In this document: positions 50,109-64,000 of the stretch, piece after piece
Position numbering within the stretch: position 1 is the stretch's first letter
Layout: each line of letters opens with the position of its first letter
Origin: Lytechinus pictus
Lineage: Eukaryota
Direction: 5' to 3'
DNA length: 64,000 nucleotides
Assembly (NCBI RefSeq): GCF_037042905.1
Contig: NC_087252.1
Coordinates: forward strand, 124,001 to 188,000
The notes under the pieces: generated by a model
Told to the model about the DNA's origin: nothing
Seen by the model: the letters and a program-made list of their open reading frames with translations, nothing else
The model's database searches: none
Made by a program: the position numbers and the translations under genes

Positions 50109-51284
50109 GAATGAAAGTAGGGTGTTTTCACAACAGCATCATGGACAGATTCAAGAGAGAGAGAGATAAAGAGATCGAGGCCAAGAGCTGGAAGGAAGGG
50201 AGACAGGGAGGGACTCGGGGGATGTTGAAATTTAATTAATAGGGAGTTTTGGCTCCGCGATGCACGACATACTTAAGAACACAGTAAAGGTATTGAAAAT
50301 GCCCATCAAATGACAAAGAACAGCTGGGAGGACTTTGTCGAAAATTGATGAACCTGGGACCCGTTTGCAACTGTTGTAACTTTGTCGATCATTATGGCAA
50401 CTAACATGGAAACCTTAATTATGATTGGCTGCTGAGCCCTGTTACCATGGTAGTTGCCATTATGGCAAATTCACAGCAGTTGCAAGTCTTTTATAAAACG
50501 GGGGCCCAGAACAGCGGTTTCGTTCTCAGTTTCGGAGCTAACGAATAATATTTAGCAAATATGTTGTTTGTCCAGTGTCAAGGACGACACTGCTGTTTTT
50601 ATTCACCAATTTGACAAAGACTTCTTTTTTATGCCTTGTCATGAAGCTATGGCATTTGACAATACATTCTATTTTCTTTTTAATCTGTCTTGCATCGAGG
50701 AATCAAAAACTCCCTAATGATGACATCGAAAGGCCAGAAAGAGGAAAACGAGAAAGAGAAAGAGAGGCATTTTTTCGTATTAAGATCAGGCAATGTCCTT
50801 CATATACTAGTACACATCTCTGTACCACTATGCAACTGTTCAAATTTTCAGAGTACTTTGAACTATAGATGATAATATTCCGCTTTATGTATAGTGCTTA
50901 AATCATAGGAACAATGCCTCTTAGCACTTCATTATCCTGATTATCAGATCCTGGCATACACATGCATGCATCTTCTCTACTCCCCGGGGAGCATTCTAAT
51001 AAGAATTCCAAGACTCAAATATTTATAAATAATTATAATATGGATGATATGAAATGAAAAAGTATTATGATTTTTACATTTGATAGGTTGCCCAATCAAA
51101 GCAAAATCTCTTTGAGATTCTTCTCTTTGATATCAAAACCATTTCTATACTATAGCATGGAATGGTCCAAACATTTCAGGATACAATCTTTGCCTCTAAA
51201 TTGCCTGTATGCTTCTGATATTCAATCACTTTAATATGAGATAGGTGTGCTTGAAGGGTAAAGGAATATTTAATCATTACTGAT

Positions 51285-51423
51285 CAGGGGCAGCGGAAGC
51301 TTTTTTTCTAAAACTGTACAAAAACGTAAAAATTATATGATTGTGATTTTTTGCATGGTCAGCCCCCCACTTTTGGCTCAGCCCCCCCCCCCCCCCACTT
51401 TGAAAACCGTTCCTTGGCCCCTG
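51285..51423 (-). mobile_element. Internally deleted copy of the 224-406 MITE, 5-bp TSD ctgat
   Basis: Reverse-complement similarity to 224-406; ctgat on both flanks. Confidence 0.8.
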
Positions 51424-54400
51424 CTGATAGAGGGCGCTAGATAAGTAATAAATCCAAATTTTCAATGACTATATTAGTATGCATATATTAAAGATTGAAA
51501 TATTAGATGATGACTTGAGTATGATTCATATTAATGACCCTTACAAAAGATTTAGACTGACTTTTAAAGAAACAAATTGAAAGTAATCTTTAATTGATAG
51601 GGAGAATCCTGACTGTGGTTAATTCATCCATATCTGTCATATGCAAATGTCAAGTGGCTTTTTTCCTTTAAAAAAAGGATACATTGAGCTCATTTCCTTC
51701 TTTGTCATTTACTTCCCTCAAATTTTCTCTCTTTCTGTTAAAATGCAAGTAAATGTCACTACCTTTCCCCTTCTTCCCCTTGTTTTTCTTTCCTGTTTTG
51801 ACATCTTGTTTCCACCAGGACAGAATTAATGTACTCTCCGGATCTAACCTTCCTTCTACCTCACCCCACCATACCTGGCAAAGATTCTGATTTATATTAA
51901 TCAACTATTGGTCTTGAAAGGAATTGAGAAAGGGCAAGTGTCTCCAGTTGTCCTTAAGTTAGTGATCCTCCGCAACATAATTCGCTCCTTCATGCTCCCT
52001 CTTGAATATAAACAGTAACCCTTCAATGTTCGGCCAGCCCAGAAAAAAAACGTACTTGAATGTAATTTATTAAACATAGCAGAACACTTAAAGTATGTTC
52101 ATATTCTGATCGGGTTCACTAACTTTTTAGCACCACTGTATATGCAATTGGAAATACTCTAATTCAGTTCAACATTTATGTAGTTTTTATTTGATTAATA
52201 ATTAAAAAAATGAATGGGGTTCCCCACTCTACCCTCTGCTTAATGGTACATGATATAAACTGCCCTGATAAGCAGATAGTGTTATGTGGATGAGTGAATA
52301 GTAATTTTTATGACCTGATTATCAAGTTTCAGTTCCTGTTTGGTATCCCGGACAATGCATACGCATGTATGATGACATTCTAAATATAAGCTCTTTTTGT
52401 GATCTTTAGTTTGTTGCATCATTTAACAAGACCTACTTGGGAATGGGAAATATTTCCCTATCATTGCTCCTAATTGCAGCTTCATTTTCATTTATTCCTT
52501 TTCTCTTTATTTACTCTCGACCTTTGTTTCTCTTTTCATTCTACAGGTGACACTACCTATTAAAAAAGATGAAAACCGTGGCTGCGAAACCAAATAAATG
52601 TAGGCTAGATCTGTCTGTTTTCTCTCTCTCCATTATTCTTTTCTCTCTTTCAAGCTCTCCTGTCTCTATTATTCGTTCTCTCCAGCTTTTTTGGTATCTC
52701 TCTCTCACTCTCTCTGCCATGAAGCTGTTAATAAATGATGCATGACTTTATAAAATGACTGGTATATGCTCTTGTACATAATAAGATAACCGATATTTTC
52801 TGTCTTAACATAAATGCAACTGAACTTCTTATAACCCTGATCAATTTTTTACAAGCAGCAAACTTTGCTTTGAAATGATTTTTGAAAGGATTTTCAGTTC
52901 ACAAAAAGATTGAGAATTTGATAACAGCACTCAAGAACATACTCCAGTCATACTGTACATAAAGACAAGCATTAAGCTTGTGTATTTACTTCAGAATCTA
53001 TTTTAAAATGTATGGTAGTATGAACATTGTAAAAGTGATATTATATTAATGTGCAACATTTATATAACATTTTTTATTGTTTCTAATTGCTGCATTGTAT
53101 TACCCAACTTAAACATGGCTACCTTGATCAGGTGCTGAAGCATTCAATGAATTCTTTCATTCCAGGTATCCATTTACTACACCTGGGTGGAGAGTGGCAA
53201 ATAAATATAAACACACAGTTTCATTTTTATGCCCTTTTAATTCACCAGTGATCACAAAAATATATGATAAAATTTGATACAATTATAGTGTTTGAAGCTA
53301 CAATGAGATATAATCATACTATGGAATGCCAAAATACAATGTTACTACAAGTAGATTTATAAACACATGAAGATTATATGGAAAACAAGGCGGGCAGGGA
53401 ATGAAATTACAATCATTTATATTTTACAATATAAAAGGGGAATATATCTATGTTTATACACAGAGTGCATTCATATATTATTATCAATTGACGAGGAAAT
53501 CATTCAGAAAATCCCCAGATCACCTGAGGGAAATTTTGTGTGTTTAAAAAAAAATTAATTTCTTTCAAACACAGCCCAAATTCAGGATTTTTGCAACTTA
53601 TATAGAATACTTTGTTATTATCAGACTATAGAGATGAAATGGAATGTACATTGTAAACAAACTACCTCATGCTCTGTATAAAAAAAAACATATATCACCA
53701 TTTTAGGTTAGGAAGTTCATCTTGAAACAGGGGGAAGGCCATTTCCTGATTTGCTGGAATGTATATTACATTGGGCAATATGACTTGCTAATTTCAAAGG
53801 GGATTTTTTTTATGGCTTAATGGTGAAAATAAAATTGTGTATAAATAAACCCAGGGACAAATATTTAAAAGGTATTATGACATATTAAAAATTGAAATAA
53901 AGGTTGTACTTTGATATCAAATAAACCTTTAGTAAATTCAAATTATACATATCATGGTCATTTAGATTGGTAAATGTCCGAGGGTGTATATCCACATTTG
54001 TTAATACAAATATTCTTTCTTTCATGTATTTGTCTGAGATTGATTGTATAGACTTTACAGAATTAAATTTTAAATCAAAACTTTAATTTTAAAGACTCAT
54101 GGGGTCGATATCTTTTCCTTCAAACTGCCACGTTTTTTCTATATTTCTCATCAATTTAACCAAATCTAAATATTCAATCTCAACTTTCAATTTCAATGCT
54201 TCACATGACTTAATATTGATTGCATAAGAAATTTGTAAAATGAATAAAAAAATCTGAAGGTGATCCCCTTATATTATTTTTGATGAAATAAGATCAAAAT
54301 AAAACTATTAATTGAGGAGTGATTACATAGGTCATTCATAAACCTTTGGACAAAGTGAATTAACATGTTGGATTTTGGAATCATTATATTATATGTTGTA

Positions 54401-56307
54401 AAGCAGAGAGCATCATTATGAAAAGATCCTGTTCATCTGGATTAAGACCTGTTTATTTATATACATGTATTTAAAATCTATACGTTCTAATTCGAATTGC
54501 TACATAAGATAACCATAACCTACTATATTGTTCTTATAAGAAGGTCAAAATAAAATATTTACAACAAAGGCATAATTTGCTTATTTACAGTGTTACTTTT
54601 AAATTAATACTCATTAATAATTGAAATCATCAATCTACAGTATATTGGTTTCTCCGTTACAAATATATACATTATCTTATAAGAATAATTTGAGGATAAT
54701 CAGGGATGTCAAATATCAACATAAGGCAAGTTATAAACATTGGAAACATCTTCAAGATCATTAAAGTGGAATACATTTACAGAAATTGGGGGGGGGGGGG
54801 CTCCAAAAAAAAAGAGAGTTGTGTGTCAAGTTTCAAATTAGCCTACAAAATAGGGCAAGTTTAAGGGGAAATAGATCACAGATTATCATATGGGGAGGAA
54901 CTTTCAATGCTTATACTCCATAGTTTAGTTTCCTCGTTTGATAAAAAATTATTTAAAAATATGGATTTATTATCAATCTATAACTAGGATGTTACGTATC
55001 AGAAGGCAGTTTCTGAATTTATACACAATTACAGATATACATGCAGACAAGTTTGACTTGTGACATAATGTACACACAACAAAATAGTTTTTTTTTATAT
55101 ACACACAAGTTTTGCTTCACAACTTAGTGATATAAAACAATCACAAGTGTTTTACATGATAAAATATTTTCAAACATCTTTAAAAAAAGAAAGAATATCC
55201 TTTAATTTTTAAAAGGATGATAAGGGATGGATGAGAGATCAAAATTCAACAAACCCATTTGTAGATTGGAAAGGCAGAATACAGCTTATATTTTTTCCAC
55301 TTTTACACAGCAAACAAATAGTATTCATAAACAAGTTTTAATCATTCTTATTCGTTGTGAAGTTTGATTTTTTTTTAACACATCTATTGATTATCAAATC
55401 ATCATTTAGGTTTTGAAATCATAAATCAAATTTTGTTACAGCATGTACTTTGATACATTAATTACAGTCATATAATACCAAAATACATGTACTCTGTTAC
55501 ATTTCCTGCTTAGGTTCAAAAGGGTAACAAATTAATTCTCTGGGTGACAGTACCCTTATCTTTGCTCTACTTCCTTATAGAAACAAGGCAAACTCCTTTT
55601 TATGCATTAGAGTAGGTTATATATAATATAAGTGAAACCATTCAATGGCTTTTGAAAGTAGATCTATTTCAGATAATTGGAGTAATACAACTTTAATCTT
55701 AACAAAAATAAAAGAGGCAAAAAGGGCCAAAAACTTACCATGATTTACAACTCTGTAAATAGAGTTCAATGTCACTTTAAAATACATGTACCACAAACAG
55801 ACTTCCTCGAAAATATAAAAATCTCTCTCTCTAAATGGAAAAAAAAACCGAGGGAAATAACTTTTAGTGTTATTGTTAAAGCATTTTCATGAATGCAGTC
55901 ATATTGATAGAATTGCCCATTCCTTGATAAAAATAGAAACAGTTTGATTGAATAAATTGGCTCTCTACATGAACTAGGACTGATTGGCCTTGGCAACACA
56001 AAACCTATCCAGTTAATTGGTTAAAACATGCCCCTCAGACAGGTTCTCCAATAACTTCCTCCGCCCCCCCCCCCCTCTGTTTTTTTTCTTCACAAAGATA
56101 GCTGTACACTGTTTTTAGTTCACAGACATAATTTGAATGCATCATAATACAGTCGACAGACTACAATGTAATAATAATAAATCACTTAGTAGCGCATAAC
56201 AAACATACCAAACAGAATGTTTCTCTATGCACAAATTGGTATACTTTCGAGTGACACGACAAGCTGTACAATATATCTATATTTTCTACAATGAATTCAG
56301 GCAACAG

Positions 56308-56504
56308 CAAAGACTACTGACTATGCAGTGGCGTATCAAACCAGGGCTGCAAGGCACAAAGACTACTGACTATGCAGTGGCGTATCAAACCAGGGCTGCA
56401 AGGCACAAAGACTACTGACTATGCAGTGGCGTATCAAACCAGGGCTGCAAGGCACAAAGACTACTGACTATGCAGTGGCGTATCAAACCAGGGCTGCAAG
56501 GCAC
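56308..56504. repeat. 4 x 49-bp perfect minisatellite
   Basis: Unit aagactactgactatgcagtggcgtatcaaaccagggctgcaaggcaca, period 49. Confidence 0.95.
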
Positions 56505-58669
56505 TCACTCACACACCCTCTATCTAGTCTGCAAACACAGACTCATATTTGACACTTAGACCAATAACAGGTCTAGAGTAAAGACTAGATGCCAAATGTC
56601 CCTTGGTAGAGCCAGCCACAATACATGTACATAGTGAATCTAGTCTCACTACTTCAGACTCTACATTATGCACTATGAGAATTGTGAAAACCAAGGGTCT
56701 GTGCCTTCAGACTAGGTACCCTCTATCTTTAGAACCATCCCTAAATCTAAAACTCTCATCCTGCAAGCTCTCCATTTTTGAAATCTTTACGCCCCATTTC
56801 ATTTCAGTCTCCTGGACATACAGTACCACTATGATCTGATTAATATTACATTTTTACATGAATAAAACTTGACCACTTCTATACGCAGTATAAACAAGGA
56901 AATTACAGAATAGTGTTACAATTTAAACAGAAGGATATATGAAGTATTTGAACAAATTGCTCAATAAGTGCATGTTTTGAGACACAAAGTGATTGATTTT
57001 TTTTTTCCAAGATACTGTAATATGTACATATGCATAAAATATATATGCCTAGATAGTTATTTATATCTAGGGGACATTTCAAAGTCAGTACCAAACTATT
57101 GTTTAAGCTACTGATAGTCTTGAATCACGACAGGCATAAAGCAAATCGGTCACTTCAGTGTAAATCGTTTGTTTCTATGTATAAACACTCCTCTCGAAGT
57201 GGTGTGAGACCTTATCATCCAAAACAAGCATTGGTCAGTTTGGGAGTGAAGAGTGAGACAGAGAAATATAACAATATTTTTGTTTCAAGCAATATAACAT
57301 GGTACACTTTTACCACAAGTATTTGTATCCAAAGAAATACCAGTATCTGAAGCCTTGGGGCCATTTCATAAATCTGTTTGTATTAAAGTTAAGAGCAACT
57401 TTAAGAATGACTGGTGATCCTTTCTTGTGGTAAATGATAATCACCATTAAATGTTCATTGGTGATTAGCATGTAAGAAAGGTTCACCAGTCATTCTTAAA
57501 GTTGCTCTAACTTACGAACAGCTTTTCTGAAACAGCCACCATGTTCCCCATAAATTGAACACATATTAGGCCTATTTAACAGGGGACATTTTCACAGACA
57601 GAGATACAATTGAACTGAAACACAGACTGAAGCAATTTGATCATGATGTTGCATTCATTGACATCTCATAATCACACATTGTACACAAAGATGAAAAATA
57701 AAAAAATCCCTAGAAATTTGTGATTCATTCCTAATGCTGTATAACACGCTCACAGATTGTCCTAAACTTAATAAGTCAAATAATAAAGGCATGTTTTTAT
57801 ACACCCCTCTTCTCTAATACTAGAATTCAATTTTCAAAATTCCAATCAATCACACTTTCATGGTCCCATTTCATTCATATCCATACTCAGTGATGACATT
57901 TCCAATTTTCATCAAGTTTGAGTTGTTTAAGAATTAAGATATACCGTGTGAAATATTGTCAACTGCTTAAATTTTTGGTTCCTCTTTATGCAATGCTAAA
58001 TGACATTGGAAGCCAAGTTATAAAACTGAATCTACACATGTATATTACACTGAATGTATATTTATACAATTTCATTTTGACATTCCAACACACAGTAGAT
58101 TCACTGTCAATTAAAACCATTTGATATCTGTAGTACATTATTTTAAAACAACAAATCAAAAATTCAAATTCATTAAAAGTGCTTAATCTAAGCCATAAAA
58201 AACCTTTCTTCCACATGATAAAGACATGCCTTGTCATTTTAAATTATCTGTTTATTTACAATACTGAATCCTCATCATTCCAAATTATAATTATATTTTT
58301 TCTCAATATTTTACAGCTAAATGACTATTCAAATTGAAAGAAATTATCCTCTCAAATGTTAATTTTATTATACAGAGAGTATCTTTTTTTTAATCAAAGG
58401 AAAATCATTCATGTTTATTATAAAATTCATATTCAGGAATCATGATGGTTCATCGAAAGACATAAAATATATACAGTACAATAGGCTTTTATAAGGCCAT
58501 ATATTCAGATATTACCAAAAATATTTCAAACATACAATACATCCAGGAATCTCTGAGCATGCAGTTGAAACGCATGTCTGTATTCATCTAATGAAACATC
58601 TCCTATGATTGGTCACTTGCTGCATTGTTGATGAAGGTTGATTTTTATCAAGGCCCCTGATTGGCTGCT

Positions 58670-61600
58670 TCACTTTCCTTGAAGATGGTCTCCTGTCAAT
58701 CTTGCAAAAACCTGAAGAAAAATAAACACAGAATGGAAACAAGTTTGAAAATGTGTAAATCATCATTGCAGAGTTTCCCTATGCCATGTAGGATTTAGGT
58801 TTCAGATCCCTGGAAACCAAATGGAACTTACAAATACAAAGTACAATGTAAATGTAAATGTACATGAAATCATGTCAGAAACTTTTTCACATTCCTTATG
58901 ACATTTCTTGTTGGTGTGAGAAGAAGAAGCTCTAAGAATAAAAGCAACATGGTCAGAATTTGAAACTTCGGATGGCCTGACAACTTGGGCTAATATAGAC
59001 TTGTTTCAACTAGTTGATTCAGTGACAATAAAGGCAGTGGTTGTTATGTTAAAATAGCACAAATTGTCTTTTATTGTCTCTATTGCATTTAAGTACATGT
59101 AGATCCCAGCAAAACAATATTAGGAGGTTCAAATTAGCAAAAATAAAAATCAGCTCGCCGCTTTACGGCTTGCAGGTGATGGTCCTTCTGGTCACCCCCC
59201 CCCCCCCCGGTAAAAAAAAAACTAGATCCACCCCTGAAAGGGTTTGTGTCTGTATACCATAATGGGTCACTAGTCCCATACATTTCCCCTTCAATATGTT
59301 ACACAAGCCTAGAACTACAGCATTGGTATGTACTTGTATATTTAATAGTTGAAGTGTTTCCTTCGCATTACCGGGTTCAAAGTCCAAGAATTAAATGAAG
59401 CCTACTTGGTATTTTTCATGAAGCAGGATTAATAATAAAAAGGAGAGCCTTGGGAGGGGAAATGAGAACGGGGATCTAAGGCAGAAATTAGAGAAAAGTA
59501 TTGCTGAAGAATGTTGAAGATTTAAAACATTCAAAAGAATATTGAGAGTTAAGGTTTAAGTTTTGAATTAACATGTATGATATGATATACATGTACATGT
59601 AGTTGCACAATAACATATTTCAAAACGTAACAGTAGTCATTCACTCGAATACCTGTAACAGGAAGAATCTGCAAAAAATGAGTACTACATACTTGCTTGG
59701 CAGGGCTTATATGTTTTCATTTCATTGTTATTTAAGCCAGCCCCCCCCCCCCCCACAAAAACTTCCCCTTTCAGGTCCAGGCTATAGATCTATTTCATTT
59801 CTATTGTGTAGTCTCAAGGATACACAATAACAATTCAAAACAACCCATAAATAGACTTTATGAAACTACCAGTATTAGAATGAATTGGCAAAGCAAATAT
59901 AAGTACATGCTTGCTTGATAAAAACTGGTCAAAAACAAACATGACTACTAGGGACCCCGCCCTAATGCTTGTTAGGTAAACCTTGGCTTGGAGCCAAACA
60001 GGATGTTGGCTCAGAGAGGTGAGGTTGGATATTTCAATAAAAGGATGTGTTTACAAGAAGCTCACCTCTTTTTCATGACAGAGTGCTCCATTTCCCTCAA
60101 AGCTTTTCAGCCCCCCCCCCCACCCCCCACTTTTTTTAGATTACCGGTATACTTGTTGCAATCACGGAGATATCTCAATGTTTCCAGTATTAAAGCATAA
60201 TTACTGATTGGACAGGGTAGAACAAGGGACATGTACTCTGTACAGATAATGGCATATCAAAGAAGTTGGGATACTTCTTCAAAAGATAAATTTAATATAA
60301 GAAAGATATAATATTTCATTTATATTTGCTGTTCAAGTACTTTAATACAAAAGGTACAAATTGACTTGATGCATTAAAACATGACTTTCTCAAATACAAG
60401 CAACCTTTTAATGAAATTAGGTACTTCTCATTGACAATATTTTGATTAATCTTATTCAGTATACTCAAGGGCAGGAAAACTACACTTAACATGAATGATG
60501 GCTGATTGAATTAAGCCAGGAAAACGACTCATACATACAGTATGTGGCCAATTTGAAGTGGGTACTTCAACAAAGATGAATAAGTTACAAATTAACAATT
60601 TATTAATAATATCCATGCAACCATAGTTCAGTTTGAAAAAAAATCTTATTTTGAGAGGTATCATGTTCTTGATGAGAGCATTTAAGCTGTTGCATTCGGA
60701 AGAGAAGCAGAAAAGAAACAAGTGGAATGCCTCTGGCCGTCTCACCTGCATCACGCGATTCAATATAGCAGCAGTGCTGATTTTGAAAACTACTATAACT
60801 CGCACAAGATGTTCAGTGATACTTGGTTACTCTTATTTCCACGTTTTATGAACTAGACCAATACACTTATAGAGATATGATGGCAATTCAACAAATACCC
60901 CCAACGTGGCCAAAGTTCTTTGACCTTACATGACCTTTGACCTTGATCATGTGACCTGAAACTCGCACAGGATGTTCAGTGATACTTGATTACTATTATG
61001 TCCAAGTTTTATGAACTAGACCAACACACTTTCAAATTTATGGCTGTAATTCAACAAATACCCCAATTTGGCCAAAGTTCATTGACCCTAAATGACCTTT
61101 GACCTTGATCATGTGACCTGAAACTTGCACAGGATGTTCAGTAATACTTGATTACTATTATGTCCAAGTTTCATGAATCAGATCCATAAACTTTCAAAGT
61201 TATGATGGTAATTCAACAGATACCCCCAATTCGGCCAAAGTTCATTGACCCTAAATGACCTTTGACCTTGGTCAACTGATGTGAAACTCATGCAGGATGT
61301 TCAGTGATACTTGATTAACCTTATGTATAAGTTTCATGAACTATGTCCATATATTTTCTAAGTTATGATGACATTTCAAAAACTTAACCTTAGGTTAAGA
61401 TTTTGATGTTGATTCCCCCAACATGGTCTAAGTTCATTGACCCTAAATGACCTTTGACCTTGGTCATGTGACATGAAACTCAGGCAGGATGTTCAGTAAT
61501 ACTTGATTAACCTTATGGCCAAGTTTCATGAACTAAGTCCATATACTTTCTAAGTTATGCTGTCATTTCAAAAACTTAACCTCAGGTTAAGATTTGGTGT

Positions 61601-64000
61601 TGACGCCGCCGCCGCCGTCGCCGTCGCCGTCGGAAAAGCGGCGCCTATAGTCTCACTCTGCTATGCAGGTGAGACAAAAAAAGGAGGAAGAAGAAGAGAA
61701 GGAGAATATTGAGGGGGAAGAGGAAGGGAAATAAGAAGAATGAGAAAGAGAGGAGAGGAAATCTAGAAGACGAAAAAGAAGAGGAGAAAAAAGGGGTAGA
61801 GAAAGAAGGAGAAAGGGAGAAGAAAAATGAGAAGGAAAGGGAGGATGAGGAGAAAAAAAAAAGAAGTAACAGTATTAGAGGAGAGGAAACTGAGGCAAAA
61901 GAAAAGAGTGAGAAAATGAGAAGATCGAAATGAGACAGGGCAAGGGGGGGGGGGATAAAGAAGTTGAAGATGAGGAGAAAGACAAAAAAAATATCCCATA
62001 CCTTTGGTCTCTCCTTCTTCTTGACCGTCGCTAAATCACGAGGTAACTGCTTCTCTTGGTTCTTCACATCGATGTCAGCACCAAAGCTGATCAGGTGATC
62101 GATCACGCTCACCACGTAATCCTCATCAAACTCCCTCCCAGCGATGACGTGGAGCGGAGTGTTGCCGGCGTAGTTTTGCATCCTGAGGAGTTGTCTTGCG
62201 TCAACGCCAGGCCATTCTAGGATGTTCTTGAGGATGTGCGTGTTTGGGGTCACATTGTTACAAGGTGGCAGCTCAACTGCATAGTGGATGGATGTGTAGC
62301 CACTCTTCCTGTCCTGTGGGGAAAAGGTGATAACAATCGGTATAAACATTCAAAGGCAGTAATGATAAATGAAATTTTACAATACAATAGAAGTATATAT
62401 TTAGCGCTCTTCACAATGATTGTATCACAGCGCTTTACAAATTGAGCAAAGTCAAAATTGTGGAGAAAAAAAATTTATGAAATTCAATGCAGAAAAAATT
62501 GCACGATTGCATTTTAAAATTTCTTTCAAGGTATTGCCAATTTAAAAAGCAACAATGTGCAATGGAATAATATGATAAGTTTAGGTTTAAGTTTATGGTA
62601 GGGTATGGTGTTAAACCAAGGGTTGCGGTTGGTCATTCCATTAGTGTGTGGAATTTAGAGCGGAGCAAATGTCATGAAACCGTTTTAATTGGGCATTGCT
62701 CCAAATTATTATTAGAGAAACTGATTGTAGACGAACTAGGACTGGACCAACTAGGATTGGACCAACTGGGATGAGACCAAAGGAATGTAGACAAAGAGGG
62801 TGTAGACCAAGTGTCTGGTTGTGGACAAAATGGAATTAGTCCATGTTGGATGAGACCAAACAGGAAGTCCAAGGCCCAATCTTACAAAGAGTTATGATTG
62901 ATCCAATCAACCTCAACTGTAAGGAAATCCATCAATGTCATGATTTTATTCTGCTGGAATTTCAGACAACGTCCTTTGTAAACAAAGAGAAGCTCACTGG
63001 AAACTCAAGAAAATGATGAATGTATGAATATACACCATATAGAAAATATTTTGAATACACATATACTTTAGATGTTGGCGTTGCTGGCTTTCCATAGTTG
63101 TGATTAATCAGATCAATCGTAACTCTTGGTAAGACGGGGCCCAGGTGATAACACTTACCTGGAATGCAGGATCAGCCCCTAGGTAGAGTAGATTCTTGAT
63201 GGTATCCAAACTATCCACCATCTTATCAACATACATGCATTGAGTACCATCATAGACACGGGCAAGGCGACCATGAGCTTGAATAGCACACTGCAGTGGG
63301 GACATGCCTGATGAAAGACAGAGAAAGAACATGTAAGTATAGATTCAAGCTGCAAAGCTTCAAAGCTATTGTTCAGGGGGAATGATCAAGTGTGTCATCT
63401 ACCCACTTCTCCTTTTCCTCTATCTTCACCTATGCCTCCTCCTCCTTCTCCTCCTTCTTCTCCTCCTACTCCTTTATCTTTTTATCTTCCTACTACTACT
63501 ATTACGCCTCCTTATCCTCCTCTTCCTCCTTCACTCCTACGCATTTACAAAAAGTCCATAAATGTCAATAAATGACATCTGACTGCAAACATAAGAATCT
63601 CACTTGTTTGGCACAGGCTTTCTACACTGAGGACCCTTGTTCAACTCTCTTTCTCAATCCTTCATCCCAGCTTATTATTGGTCTTAGACTCTGGCATCTC
63701 TGTGACTGTATCAGACATATTGAACTAATATTGAGGGTACATCAATTTTAATAAAACCCATTGCCTATTTGATCTGGGGCTGCTAAATAATCACTAATTA
63801 TTATTTAATGGTGAATATCATTTCCCGCAAGAAAGGATCACCAGTCATTCTTAAAGTCACTCTTAACTTACAAAAAAGCTTTATGAAACGGCAACTAGGA
63901 CGATCTCTGTGCATTATCTATGGGAATCACAGAATTCAGTAGTCAACGGGTTATGAAATGCACAATTTGAGAAATCGGTAGACTCACCATTCTTATCTTC
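58670..64000 (-). CDS. Atypical nuclear IkappaB (IkappaB-zeta/IkappaB-NS-like) ankyrin-repeat protein, 3' part; exons >64000-63988, 63307-63159, 62313-62002, 58711-58670
   Basis: EDKNG|MSPLQCAIQAH...SLDTIKNLLYLGADPAFQ|DRKSGYTSIHYAVE...NYAGNTPLHVIAG...LISFGADIDVKNQEKQLPRDL...|VFARLTGDHLQGK*. This matches the recalled NFKBIZ/NFKBID C-terminal ankyrin pattern (insert in the repeat, DRKSG, GNT-LH, N-E-E-P). Splice phases are consistent. Confidence 0.85.
60717..61682 (-). mobile_element. Near-identical inverted copy of the 48816-49764 element, in the last IkappaB-like intron
   Basis: Reverse complement along its whole length. Confidence 0.87.

Noticed and set aside
56308..56504. Possible CRISPR-like array
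   Set aside because: Units are contiguous and identical with no spacers; eukaryotic context with no cas genes.
61645..62001. Hydrophobic, Phe/Ser-rich tail of the 234-aa ORF suggesting a membrane-anchored ankyrin protein
   Set aside because: Read-through past the donor at 62001 into a low-complexity intron; the spliced product continues at 58711.

Overview
AT-rich animal genomic DNA. The repeat families and gene structure suggest an invertebrate deuterostome such as a sea urchin (inference). Three spliced genes can be read by hand. (1) HYOU1/GRP170, an ER Hsp70-family chaperone, + strand, 20 coding exons over 15260-40521, 1070 aa, ending KNGDL, with UPRE and ERSE-like motifs just upstream of a probable non-coding first exon. 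(2) A two-exon TEN1 (CST telomere complex), + strand, 45729-47354, which the ORF track only partly captures. (3) The 3' part of an IkappaB-zeta/IkappaB-NS-like ankyrin gene, - strand, 58670 to the window edge. The most striking non-coding feature is a 7.2-kb, almost fully palindromic foldback element (1106-8340) with a 6-bp target duplication. It has arm-specific nested insertions and traces of aborted arm-to-arm copying. Other points of interest: a fourfold tandem duplication of the HYOU1 acceptor/signal-peptide segment, an L2/CR1 fragment inserted into a HYOU1 splice acceptor, tiny CATGG...CCATG elements resembling P-element excision footprints, a MITE family with 5-bp TSDs, and many MITEs, SINEs and Helentron-type elements. 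All gene calls rest on recalled family motifs and splice-phase consistency, not on database searches.
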